Below are positions 49,591-60,799 of a stretch of DNA of 64,000 nt, one piece after another. The stretch's first letter is position 1, and every line of letters starts with the position of its first letter. The notes under the pieces were generated by a model. It ran no database searches. It was not told the DNA's origin and saw nothing but the letters and a program-made list of their open reading frames with translations. The translations under genes and the position numbers were made by a program. The stretch comes from Podarcis liolepis (lineage: Eukaryota), in NCBI GenBank assembly GCA_965112155.1, contig OZ218101.1, one strand, 5' to 3'.

Positions 49591-49790
49591 TTATTTGTAC
49601 CCCACCCATCTGCCACTCTGGGCAGCTTCCAGGATATATAAAAACACAGTAAAAAATTATACCTTAAACATCTTCCCTATATAGGGCTGCCTTCAGATGT
49701 TTCCTAAATGTTTCATAATTACTTATCTCCTTAACATCTGATGGGAGGGCATTCCACAGGGTGGGTGCCACTACTGAGATGTGCCCTCTG
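49546..49790 (-). mobile_element. L2 LINE 3' end with (AAT)n tail
   Basis: Same family as 1858-2093, reversed. Confidence 0.8.
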
Positions 49791-50298
49791 CTTATATGGA
49801 AAAACCTTGCTACGGAACAGTTGCTGTTGGACTAGGATCAATAGTTTGCAGAACACTTAAAATGTGGTTAGCTAAGTCAATGAATGAAGCTTGGCACCAT
49901 TTGTGCCAAGGATTGCAAGGTTGGCGGCCCTTGTATATTTTTTGGATTTTATATTGTTAGAAAAAAACAATTCTTGGGAAATGGCAATGGTCAAGTGGTG
50001 TGTGTGTGTCTGAGTGAATGTGATGGCCCCTTTGTATATTTCCCCCCCTTGTACTGCAGAATGCTCCCTGTTGTCATGAGCAACAGCACTCTTATGTTTG
50101 TGGAACATCAGTATTGTGTGATCTCCGCAATCAGGACCAGGAGAACATAGGTGACTTCCTGTAGCAAATAAAAGGTAGTCTGTGGAGGGAGGATGGGAAA
50201 CAGCAATGACTGTACTCTCTCTAGTTTTGCGCCATGCCATGCCTCCATGGCTGCCATGTTGTGTTATACTGCACTCCCATAGCAGCTGTTGTGTGCCA

Positions 50299-50381
50299 GG
50301 GAGGCAGTGGAAGACAGGAGTGCCTGGCGTGCTCTGGTCCATGGGGTCACGAAGAGTCGGACACGACTAAACAACAACAAC
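50299..50381 (+). mobile_element. Bov-B (RTE) LINE 3' end
   Basis: gggaggcagtggaagacaggagtgcctggcgtgctctggtccatggggtcacgaagagtcggacacgactaa(ac a)n, the characteristic Bov-B terminus. Confidence 0.85.
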
Positions 50382-51371
50382 CACTGGTATGAAAAGGTTG
50401 GTGGCCCTTGATTTATGTGAACGAGAACTTTTTGATAAGCTCTAGTTGTCAGAAATTTAGTCAATCACAAAATGCAAGTGGATTTTCCCTACTCATTTCG
50501 TCCAATAATTGGGCTTCCTTTTCTGTCCTCCATTGCAATGCTCATTTAATTCCACTTTCTCTTTCAATGGTTTCATCACAATCATGTTTGTCATGGGCAC
50601 ATATGAAAATACTTGCAGCACAATCCTAGGTATGTTTATTCAGAAATATGTCCCACTAAGTTCAATGGGGCTTAACTTAATTCATAGTAAAAAAAATTAG
50701 GACTGTAGTATTCAAATTTGTTATATAAACTGCCTTTGGCTGATGGCCTCTTACTGTCAAGAACCTTCTGTTGTGGGCATGTTTTGTATTCCTATAGTGG
50801 GTATATTTGGGCTTGTGCAATTATTTATTTATTCATTTATACCCCACCTTTTCCCCCCTATAGGACTCCATTTTATCTTATTGCCACACCTCATGCTTAC
50901 CATTTTAGTGGGAGGAATGATGGCTGTTTGTTTTTTAAAAGGGAAGTTACTGGCTATAAAGCCAAAAGCAGTCAATGACAATACAATAATTATTCAGGGA
51001 GCTTTTGTGTTGCAAAAGGAAAAAACAAAAGGAACAAGGAAATTAACAGGATCCATAAAACAAAAGGAAATACACCAGACACTCACATTGTGCTGAAGTT
51101 AGATTTAGAACCTGGTGTCCCAATGCAAAGTTTCCAGCAGAATCAAATGTGTCTGCTCCAGATCACATATTGACGTGCATAAAATGTGAGCAGATGTTTC
51201 CAATACACAGAAGCCACAATCTCCTGAAACCTCACTTCCTCAGTGATATTCCAAATGAGGAGCACAGTCAATTGGGAATTGTATCCAGAGCAGAGGATAT
51301 CATTGACTGGGAGTCTGAGTTCCTCCATCATATTTAAAAGGCACATAGAATTATATAAACTTTTATATATA

Positions 51372-51680
51372 CCATATTTTTCGCCCCATAGGGCGCACCG
51401 GCCCATAAGGCGCACCTAGTTTTTTGGGGGGGAAATAAAGAAAAAATATATATTTCCCCCCCAAGGCGCGAGAACAGGCTGCTCTCCGCAAGCCGGAGGA
51501 GCCCTCCCGCGGCTTGCGCAGAGCTACCCGAAGCCCCGGCATGACTGCTCAGCGCGCCGGGCTTCGGAATAAGAGGCAGCACTGCGCAAGCCAGGGGAGC
51601 CCGGCAGGAACTCCCGCGGGCTCCCAAGGCTTGCGGATAGCTTCCTGAAGCCTGGAGAGCGAGAGGGGTCGGTGTGCACT
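51372..51680. mobile_element. CpG-rich Tc1/mariner-like MITE fragment
   Basis: ta|ccatatttttcgcccc end related to 27649-27817; GC-rich interior with hairpins; other end not found. Confidence 0.65.
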
Positions 51681-52398
51681 AAGTCACTAAGAGTTTTGTA
51701 TAGTGATTATTGGTTACGAGACTCCATTTGTCAAGGTTCAGTGGTCTAGGTTCAGCACCTGCTCTGTGTGCAGATGATCCCTGCCATCTGAAATCTTGGA
51801 GAGTTGCAGAATATACTGAGCGAGATGGACCAATAGTCTAACCAAAGGCAGCTAGATTCCTGTGCTCCTTTTCCTGCCTATGGTTACTTTATTTGGGAAT
51901 ATGAGACCTAACATTAGACTGCAACAGAGACAACTATGGACTAATTTACAGAGGGTATTTAACGAAATAAAGAAAACAAAATGGTTGACACTGTGGACTC
52001 CGTTCATATGATATTAGAACTGCACTACGCCCCAAAAAATGTACATCTAGAAGTGCTAGCTGTCACTTGAGAACATTAATAAATCACTTGGACATCTGAT
52101 ATAAATAACAACTGAAAAGTATTTTAGTTGTTTATGTACTTCCTGCATTTTCATTGTGAGTTCTTGTATTATTATTTTTTTAGCATTCCTAATAAAAAAG
52201 GGTTTATAAACAACCATGTCATATTTCTTCTGCCATTCTTAAAATAATGTGAGGGTCTTTATTACTTTATGAATAACTACACAATTTAATTTTAAAAAAA
52301 ATTAAAACAAAAAACCCTGTATGCCGCCCCTTCAGCTGAAAAAAATACTTTCAGGGCGGCTTACCCATTTAGGTACCGTCAGTTCTGTTGCAGCCCAC

Positions 52399-52579
52399 CT
52401 GAAGGTAGCCTTGCTGCTGGTGCTGGTGCTGATGCATAGGTTGCAAAGTTGAAGGCTGAGATGGCTGTGCTGCAGAGAACCCAGGGGGCAACACTGCTTG
52501 TCCCATCAGCACTATAGCTGTACTGCTTCCAGAGGTTTGCTCTTCCAAACTTTGGAACGCTTGTAGGCTTTGAAAGTAT
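52399..52579 (-). CDS. NPAS2: NPAS2 exon (human exon 20 equivalent)
   Basis: atag|YFQSLQAFQSLEEQTSGSSTAIVLMGQAVLPPGFSAAQPSQPSTLQPMHQHQHQQQGYLQ|gtgggc; 181 nt. Confidence 0.93.
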
Positions 52580-52921
52580 CTATTCAAAGAAACAGTCCTA
52601 AGTTTTTCAGCCAAGAATTTGCGACTAAAACACTGGTGTCATACTGCAATGTATTATGGACAACGGTTGGGAGAAATAGCAGGTGCTGCTGCTGACTCGG
52701 GGACTATGCAGATATGCCGATTGTTGGGAGATGCATTGAAAAAGCCAGGCACATTCATTACTACACATAACTCCTGGGCATATATATTGTGCATACCTAG
52801 TGGCATCTTGGAAGTGGAGAAGGCTGACCTGGAGTGGGGCAGTGTGGGAAAAGGAAGAAGCTGATCAGAGGGTGATGCAACTAAGCATTTTTGTTTTAGT
52901 TGCTGCTACTGGGGTAGCCAT

Positions 52922-53273
52922 GGGATGCGGGTGGCGCTGTGGGTTAAACCACAGAGCCTAGGACTCGCCGATCAGAAGGTCGGCGGTTCGAATCCCCGCA
53001 ACGCGGTGAGCTCCTGTTGCTCGGTCCCTGCTCCTGCCAACCTAGCAGTTCGAAAGCACATCAAAGTGCAAGTAGATAAATAGGTACCGCTCCAGCAGGA
53101 AGGTAAATGGCGTTTCCGTGCGCTGCTCTGGTTCGCCAGAAGCGGCTTAGTCATTCTGGCCACATGGCCCGGAAGCTGTACGCCGGCTCCCTCGGCCAAT
53201 AAAGCAAGATGAGCGCCGCAACCCCAGAGTCAGTCACGACTGGACTAATGGTCAGGGGTCCCTTTACCTTTTT
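52922..53273 (+). mobile_element. Sauria SINE with TSD
   Basis: Full length; TSD tactggggtagcc. Confidence 0.95.
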
Positions 53274-53891
53274 ACTGGGGTAGCCCAGAGGGTTGAGAAT
53301 ATGTGGACACATCTTTAGAAATGGTGAGTTTATGGGTTAAAAGCAAAGAACCAGCCATAGGAGGTATATTAGAAATAATGTTCCAAGTAGCAGGCTCCAG
53401 ATTTCCTTGATTGCAACACTTTCACCAAACCTGGTCCCTTTCATTCTCCAGTTGGCATGACAACCCCAGTACATGATGGCAGGGCATTTTTCCAGCCAGA
53501 ACTCATTGGAACTCTGTTCCGGCACCTCTCAGGTAGGCGCCATTGCCATTCTAAGAGAACAAGGGTGCTGTTCATGGTGAGTTCTGGCACCTCTTTTTCT
53601 AGAAAAATAGCATTGCATGATGCATGAGAGAAACAATGTACTGGGGCAACTGGGATCTGAAAAACCGTGCAATTGCGGGAGCTTGGCAGCGGGGCAGATA
53701 AGATATGGCAGGACAACATCTGGATTTTCAAAATATGCAGCCACCCTTAATTCCATCTCTGACATAGACTGCTTAACCCAAGTACTACCTCTGCACGAGT
53801 TGCCGTTCTACCACCTCCATCTAAGTGGCATTTCTCAGTATAGTTTCAAACTTTTCCTTCCTACCCCTGCCCCCAGTAACATGCTACATAC

Positions 53892-53984
53892 TTAGCTTCG
53901 TGTCCAGTCACATCAACATCTGTTGTCTGCCTCGCATGGCAGGAACCAGGCATCATTGGCTGAATAGGCTGACTGAGTAACAGT
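53892..53984 (-). CDS. NPAS2: NPAS2 exon (human exon 19 equivalent)
   Basis: ctag|[30 protein letters not shown](K)|gtatgt; 93 nt. Confidence 0.95.
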
Positions 53985-54193
53985 CTAGGAAACAGGAAAT
54001 TAAATAATGTCAGTGAAGAATGACACTAACCTGCAGATACTGAAAGGGTCGGAAGGATTTTTTCCATGTGAGGTAGTTGCATGCTCAGAAGTCAATAGAG
54101 TTAAATTTGCAGTAGGCTCAGGGATAGAGTGTAATTAGTCGTAGTAAAAAAAGGGTAGCTCAGGATTTATTATCAAATGTGGCCATTCTTATA

Positions 54194-54401
54194 CAGTGGT
54201 ACCTCTAGATCCTGAAACAAATGCAACCTGCGGGTCTGCGGGTTGCGATTCGCCACTTCCGCACATGCGCGTGATGGCATTTTGACTGCGCATGCGCGAG
54301 CGGCGAAACCCAGAAGTAACGCACTCCGTTACTTCCGGGTCGCTGTGGAGCGTAACCTGAAAACGCTCAACCTGAAGCACATTTAACCCGAGGTATGACC
54401 G
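54194..54401. mobile_element. Tc1/mariner (Tigger-like) MITE
   Basis: ta|cagtggtacctc ... cccgaggtatgaccg|ta. Confidence 0.75.
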
Positions 54402-54973
54402 TACAAGGAGTTTCATTCTTCTTAGGAGTGGATCTACATATTGTGGTTGGTAAACAAAGATCGCTGAAATTCCCTGTGGCAAATTATCTGCCACAGTGTT
54501 TGACTGTAACGTTTTCATGCTCTCAACCTGTGATGTGGTGGATGTTCCTGCCTCAAGTAACAGCCATCTTCTATGACAGTCCTGCATTCTGATGAAATCT
54601 AGTGAGCATTGGGCTATCAGATTTTTAAGTTGACTATTAGAGCTTCCATTCAGTTTGCCAGTCCAGAACATAAAGTAGGCTTTATATGCTTTCTTCTGCC
54701 CCAGGTATTTTGAAACGGCAGCTAACTGCATGACGCAGTTAGTGTGGAGATGTAAGGTCCTCTCTCCCCCCCCCCCCCTTCACATTATGTTTCCTACAGG
54801 GACATGTTTTCTATTTCAAGCTACTTATTGTTCCTTGTATTTTCTTTCCAGTCATCAGTTTAAAAACTTTTTCAAAACAGAACAAAGAAGTAAACAGTAT
54901 CATTTCTTTCTCTTTTTAAGGCAAATACATAGGGCTAACATCATTTAGAAAAAACAACAACCCACAAGTCTGT

Positions 54974-55130
54974 ATCTGAAGAAGTGTGCATGCAGACGAA
55001 AGCTCATACCAATAACTAACTTAGTTGGTCTCTAAGGTGTTACTGGAAGGAAATTTTTAATTTTTTAAATTTTATTTTATTTATTTTGTTTTGTTTCGAC
55101 TATGGCAGACCAACATGGCTACCTACCTGT
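54974..55130 (+). mobile_element. Penelope-like element terminal fragment with 15-bp TSD
   Basis: ctgaagaagtgtgcatgcagacgaaagctcatacc...ttagttggtctctaaggtg...gcagaccaacatggctacc resembles reptile PLE terminal repeats; TSD aacccacaagtctgt at 54959-54973 and 55131-55145. Confidence 0.8.
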
Positions 55131-55471
55131 AACCCACAAGTCTGTTTGTTCCATCCCCATTCTGATACTGTTTTTAATATTCAATTTTTCATTTCTGTAA
55201 CCCAACCCTGGAACCCTGTGGTATATGATAGGTATGAAATTGAATAAACAACAATAGCACCACGTTCCTCTTTTTTTCTTTCAAACTTACTAATAATCTA
55301 GTGCTGTAACTTGATAAAATGGAGTATTTTCTTGATGTTCAAAGTGCAGTATTTACCTGTTATATAGTAATAAACTAAACACTCAAATTTAAATACTGCC
55401 ATTGTAAAAAATAGTATTTAATTCTTCAACTTTTTTTTTTTAAAAAAAGTAGGTTACTTCACTTATTTTAC

Positions 55472-55659
55472 CTCAGTTGTCGATCATTACTGAAATCTGG
55501 AGTGCTCTGCTGGTGGCTGTTATCCTGTAGAATGGCATCAGGTGGAGCTCTGCTCAAAGACTGTGGGAGCACAGAGGCATTGCTAAACTGTGAGGTTAAG
55601 CTTCTGGAAGATTGACAGCTATCCTGCATTCCTTGTGAGGCTCTTGCTGATTTCTGATC
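55472..55659 (-). CDS. NPAS2: NPAS2 exon (human exon 18 equivalent)
   Basis: ctag|DQKSARASQGMQDSCQSSRSLTSQFSNASVLPQSLSRAPPDAILQDNSHQQSTPDFSNDRQL(R)|gtaaaa; 188 nt. Confidence 0.9.
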
Positions 55660-56157
55660 CTAGAACAGTTAAAAACAACAGCACCCACAGAAACAATAAC
55701 CAAAAGCTTTGGGTATATTGTAAAAACACATAGAATTAAGTTGTGAATATTTTTTTGGCAAATTACCAGATCCAAATTTAGTTCATTCCATCCTCTCATA
55801 AAGGTGTAATTATGTAAAGTGACCGATAAGTAGGGAAATAAATTCATATTCATTGAATGTAGGTCTGGTAATTTACCCTTTTTAAAGATCCCCCCCCCCC
55901 CAAGAATGGTGATTATGGATAGCTAGAACAAACACACAGATTCACACAAACCTTAGTGGAAAGAGCGAAAGGGCAGGCGATATTGCCGTAATACCTAAAG
56001 GCAAACAAGAACTACGGTACAGGAAATGCTGTAAGAACTAAATGAAGAATCAAAAGAGGTAGGATTGAAGATGAACCTAAGACTTAAAGTAATGTTTAAA
56101 GAAGAGAACATTTTTTCCACAAAAAGATTGCTGTAAGACCACTGCAGGTCTGCTTAC

Positions 56158-56352
56158 CTGGTTTGATAACACATTTTCTTCTCCTAACATTTGATGGTCT
56201 GTTGCTTGAGGAGCCGCAATCTGCTCTTGGAGACAAGGCCTCGAAGGCCTCGGCACAACTTGCTGCTGAGACTCAACCGCTGGATTCTCCTGAGGTTCTG
56301 GCTGCGGCATGCCGCTGAAATTCAGAGATGCTGTTGGCTGCTGTAAAAACAT
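56158..56352 (-). CDS. NPAS2: NPAS2 exon (human exon 17 equivalent)
   Basis: ccag|MFLQQPTASLNFSGMPQPEPQ...HQMLGEENVLSNQ|gtaagc; 195 nt. Confidence 0.93.
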
Positions 56353-57183
56353 CTGGAAGAGAAAGGTTACTTTTTCGATTTCCTTGTTAGGCAAATCAAT
56401 GGAAGAAATACATTCACAGTTCCAATTTCAAGTTGTCATAACTTAACGCTTATAAATGTGTATTGTTAGGGAGCTCAACTTGATCCAGGCCTCAGTTGCT
56501 GAAAATGCTTTTAATGCTAGAAGACTGTGTGAAGTTGCTTGTGAGTACACAGAAAGTCCATTTCCCACACAATTGCATAAGCACAGCCACCTGTCACACA
56601 TCTGGGGCTGTCAGAGAAGTTTCTACAGGGAAAGTTGCATGTCACCTCTTTCCAAATCAAGCATTGGATAAGAATTGCTCAAATATTACATGTGCAATGC
56701 ACCTTAAACCAGCTGTGGAATGACTGACACTGTTTAGAAAACCAAATCCACTATTCAGGAACAGAATACATTTGTCATCCTATTCACTCAGAAACCTCTG
56801 ACATACATAATTCTTGCAAATATTTGAAGGTCAAACTAGATGTTACAAGCAAACACATGTTACTAAATTGCAACTAACACTTGGTTTATGGGAAATGAGC
56901 TTTTGGAGGGAGTAAATAAGAGCAGAGAAGTGATGGCTGCTGGTGGTAAACTCTTCCCTGTCCCCAGTTTTTCTGCTTCAAATTGTTTTCTTCTACTTCC
57001 CTCTTCATGGGATTCCAGATGGGGAAAAGTGTGTGCAACCCCACAGGGGAGAAAAGTAGTTATCAGGAAAGGGGGTTAAGCACACACACTTTTCTGCTGA
57101 CATTATCCCCATCTCACCCCAAGATAGAGAAAGCTTCCACTGGAATTTTAGCAAATGTGTTCCTGTCCAATAAGTAGCTTGGT

Positions 57184-57241
57184 TGTTTATGGAAGACAAT
57201 TTTACTCGGCTACAAGTGATCGCCAAAAAAGAAGAAGAAGA
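57184..57241 (+). mobile_element. Short LINE-like 3' stub with (GAA)n tail
   Basis: tgtttatggaagacaat.ttactcggctac.ag.gatcgcc(gaa)n; second copy at 59217-59268. Confidence 0.6.
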
Positions 57242-57580
57242 CAGCCTCCAACAATCATATCCCTATACTTTTTTTCTGAAAAGACAACTTCCTTTTGCCG
57301 GCTATGAAAACAGGGTGGATTGTGCCTCCGTCCAGAAAAAACTTCAAGATAATAGAACAAGAAAAATATAAAGCATGAGGCTTCAACTTAAGGAATTCTA
57401 GCTATCTAGCAACACAAAAATGTTGAAAAACAAACGGAAATACAGAAGATGAGAAGCCATTGAAATGGAGCACAAGAGAGAGAGAACATGTGTGTGCAAA
57501 GATCCTAAAACTAAGTTTGAGATTCTTGCCTCAGTACATATACATGATCCCATGAGCTACAAACATAGTACGAACAAATA

Positions 57581-57814
57581 CAGTGGAACCTCGGTTTTCG
57601 AGTGTCTCAGAAATCGAACGTTTCAGCTTTCAAATGCCGAAAACCCAGAAGTAACTGCTTTGGTTTTCGAACAATTTTCAGAAGCTGAACGTGCCACGCA
57701 GCTTCCGTTTTGAGTTTCCCTGTTGTATTGAGGCTGCCACTTTCAGTATTCGGACGTTTCAGAATTTGAACGGTGTTCCTGAACTGATTACATTCGAAAA
57801 CCAAGGTTCCACTG
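57581..57814. mobile_element. Tc1/mariner (Tigger-like) MITE
   Basis: ta|cagtggaacctcggttttcga ... tcgaaaaccaaggttccactg|ta. Confidence 0.9.
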
Positions 57815-58061
57815 TAATAGGAGTCATGCTGTTTAATTTCTGTACTGTGACAGATTGCCTCCAACCAATCATATGATAATGAGCTTTCATCGTGGTTTGC
57901 TTGTGGGGTGTTTATAAACCTTCCCATTATTCTCATTCATTCACTCCACACTTTTCAATGCATTTCCCTGTCACTCTCCTAACAGCAGTCTGTTGTTTTC
58001 TTTAAGTGCACTTGTTGCACTAACCCACTTCTATTGTGCAGGACTAAATGCACTTGGATAC

Positions 58062-58417
58062 GGGACACGGGTGGCGCTGTGGGTAAAACCTCAGCGCCTA
58101 GGACTTGCTGATCGCATGGTCGGTGGTTCGAATCCCCGCGGCGGGGTGCGCTCCCGTCGTTCGGTTCCAGCGCCTGCCAACCTAGCAGTTCGAAAGCACC
58201 CCCAGGTGCAAGTAGATAAATAGGGACCGCTTACCAGCGGGAAGGTAAACGGCGTTCCGTGTGCTGCGCTGGCTCGCCAGATGCAGCTTGTCACGCTGGC
58301 CACGTGACCTGGAAGTGTCTGCGGACAGCGCTGGCTCCCGGCCTATAGAATGAGATGAGCGCACAACCCTAGAGTCTGTCAAGACTGGCCCGTACGGGCA
58401 GGGGTACCTTTACCTTT
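58062..58417 (+). mobile_element. Sauria SINE, CpG-rich subfamily, with TSD
   Basis: Full length; TSD taaatgcacttgga. Confidence 0.95.
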
Positions 58418-59216
58418 AAATGCACTTGGAACCTCTCGTGCAAAATACTGACAGTCAGGCACCTCAAGAGTGTTAGTGTCAAAACCTTTCTCCTCAGAAA
58501 AGGACAACACCAAAGTGCCAACACAGAAAGTACCGGTATTTCATTCACAGCGGCTTTGCCCAAGATTCTTACCATCCTGTCATGACTGGACCACTAAAGA
58601 AGAACTGAAATGCCACTGAAAAGAAAGGATTCCTCCCCCTACCCCCTTCAACATCGTAAACAAGTCTAAGTAGATAACGCCACTGCAGAATCTCACAACT
58701 ACTTTTTCAGGGTGTCAAGACATGAGAAGAGTATTACTAATCTCTTCTAATTGGCAGTCTCATTAGTATTCTCATGAAAGAAGCAAAAGACATGAAAGCA
58801 CAACACCTCTTGCATCTAGAAACAGACAGCATCATATTAGGGAGACAACGGAAGAAAGCTGTTCTATGGAAACCAGACATTTTAACCATCTGCGTTGATC
58901 GAACCAGGAAGCTCTTATCAACAGCAATTATTTTTACAATGTATCGGAAGCAAGGATGCCATGCTAAATTTATAGCTATGAGACATTTCAAAGATACAGT
59001 TTCTAACAAACTGCTGAAGGTGACATTTTCCCTGTAAGGCTTGGTTCTACCCATATTATTTCCTTTCAACAATATTGCCAGGCTGCTTTTCTGCTACATG
59101 CCAAATATAGCCCCTTAATTCTCTTTTTGTGGTCCCAGCAAGTCTCTTCAAATTGCATTAATAAATTGCATACATTCCATGTAGCCCCATGACCAACCGA
59201 CTCATTGTTAAAACCG

Positions 59217-59268
59217 TGTTTATGGAAGACAATCTTACTCGGCTACGAGCGATCGCCGAAGAAGAAGA
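59217..59268 (+). mobile_element. Short LINE-like 3' stub with (GAA)n tail
   Basis: Copy of 57184-57241. Confidence 0.6.
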
Positions 59269-59294
59269 TATCCCTAACAGTGCTGTAAAAAGAT

Positions 59295-59655
59295 AAAGGT
59301 AAAGGACCCCTGACAGTTAAGTCCAGTCGCGAACGACTCTGGGATTGCGGTGCTCATCTCACTTTACTGGCTGAGGGATCCGACATTTGTCCACAGAAAG
59401 TTTTTCCAGGTCATGTGGCCAGCATAACTAAGCCACTTCTGGTGAAACCAGAGCAGCGTACGGAAATGCCGTTTACCTTCCTCCCGGAGTGGTACCTATT
59501 TATCTACTTGCACTTTGACGTGCTTTAGAACTGCTAGGTGGGCAGGAGCTGGAACTGAACAACGGGAGCTCACCCCGTCGCAGGGATTCGAACCACTGAC
59601 CTCCCGATTGGCAAGCCCTAGGCTCTGTGGTATAGACCACAGCGCCACCCGCGTC
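59295..59655 (-). mobile_element. Sauria SINE
   Basis: aaaggtaaaggacccctgac...cagcgccacccgcgtc; flanking acagtgctgta duplication. Confidence 0.9.
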
Positions 59656-59767
59656 TGTAGCTACAGCTACAGTGCTGTAGCACGGGTTAAAATTGAGCTC
59701 TTGTGTTTCATTCTATATTTCTCTCTCTACAAGGTACTATTAAGGAATAATGACCATAAGTCTATCC

Positions 59768-59920
59768 CAGGGGTGGCCAACTTCCAAGAGACTGCGATCT
59801 ACTCACAGGTTTTTTTTGGGAAGGCCAAAGTTTTTTAGCTTCTTTCCTGGGAGCCACTGATCTACCGGTGATCTACCACAGACTTCCAGTGATCTACCAG
59901 TAGATCACAATCTACCTGCT
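59768..59920. mobile_element. hAT (Charlie-like) fragment
   Basis: caggggtggccaac terminus with repeated gatctac subterminal motifs. Confidence 0.55.
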
Positions 59921-60652
59921 CTAGCCAATCCTTTCATTTCTTTCACTCTTGAAGTCTCTGCTGAATTTTCTGTCCCCCTTCAGTATGGATCAGCATATTT
60001 TATTTGACACTTATTTATACCTCTCTGCCTTAAATATACTGAAATATTGTTGTTAGACTAACTGGAAGCATTAGGTCAGTCCATTCTCTGCTATGTATCA
60101 GAAACAAGAGTGTAGCCAAAGGGGCTCCTGACCAAATGAATCTGGGAAGCTGCCTTATATGGAATCAGATCATAGGTTCATCTATCCCAGTATTTCCTGC
60201 TACGACTGGCAACAGTTCTCTCAGGTCTCAGGCATAAGTCTTTGGCAGCTTTGCTATTTCCTAAGTGAAAATGCCACAGAATGAAACTCAGACCACGCAC
60301 TTACACTTTTCTCTTAAGTCTTTCAACGCCAATCCTTTTATTCTGTCATTGGGAATAGAGGGCTTCCAACACTATGTATTCCTATGTAAACTAGGGAAGT
60401 GGGGAACTGCAGGAAGAATAGCTGGCAGAAGGTGTTGTTTTCCTGAGCCAGGTTCCGAAATCGGAAGTAAGCAAAATGCCCCTTGAAGAAGCAGCTGTGT
60501 AAGCTGGACTGCTGCATGCAGAAAACCCTCCTCTGTGTGGTGGCCTATGGTGCATCAAGATGATCTGAGCGTGGAAATAAAGTTCTGCTCAAGAATTCTG
60601 CTACTCACTGAATCAAGAGTAATTTGTCTGAAAAATACGTTCTCCCGCTAAC

Positions 60653-60799
60653 CTGTATGTTGGAATCCTGCACGATGCACAGCTGTTCCTGGATTTTCTG
60701 CAGCTCTTCCTGCTGCCACTGAATATTGGCTTGCAGTATTCGAGTCCTCTGCTCAAGCTCGTCTTTGATAGTTTGGAACATGTTAAACTGGGATGAGAG
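60653..60799 (-). CDS. NPAS2: NPAS2 exon (human exon 16 equivalent; coiled coil homologous to CLOCK exon 19)
   Basis: tcag|[49 protein letters not shown]|gttagc; 147 nt. Confidence 0.97.

Noticed and set aside
54189-54731. 180-aa minus-strand ORF
   Set aside because: It runs through the MITE at 54194-54401 inside an NPAS2 intron and has no recognisable homology.
58721-58776. Imperfect hairpin catgagaa...tactaat / attagtattctcatg as a pre-miRNA
   Set aside because: The stem is short and interrupted, with no recognisable mature miRNA.
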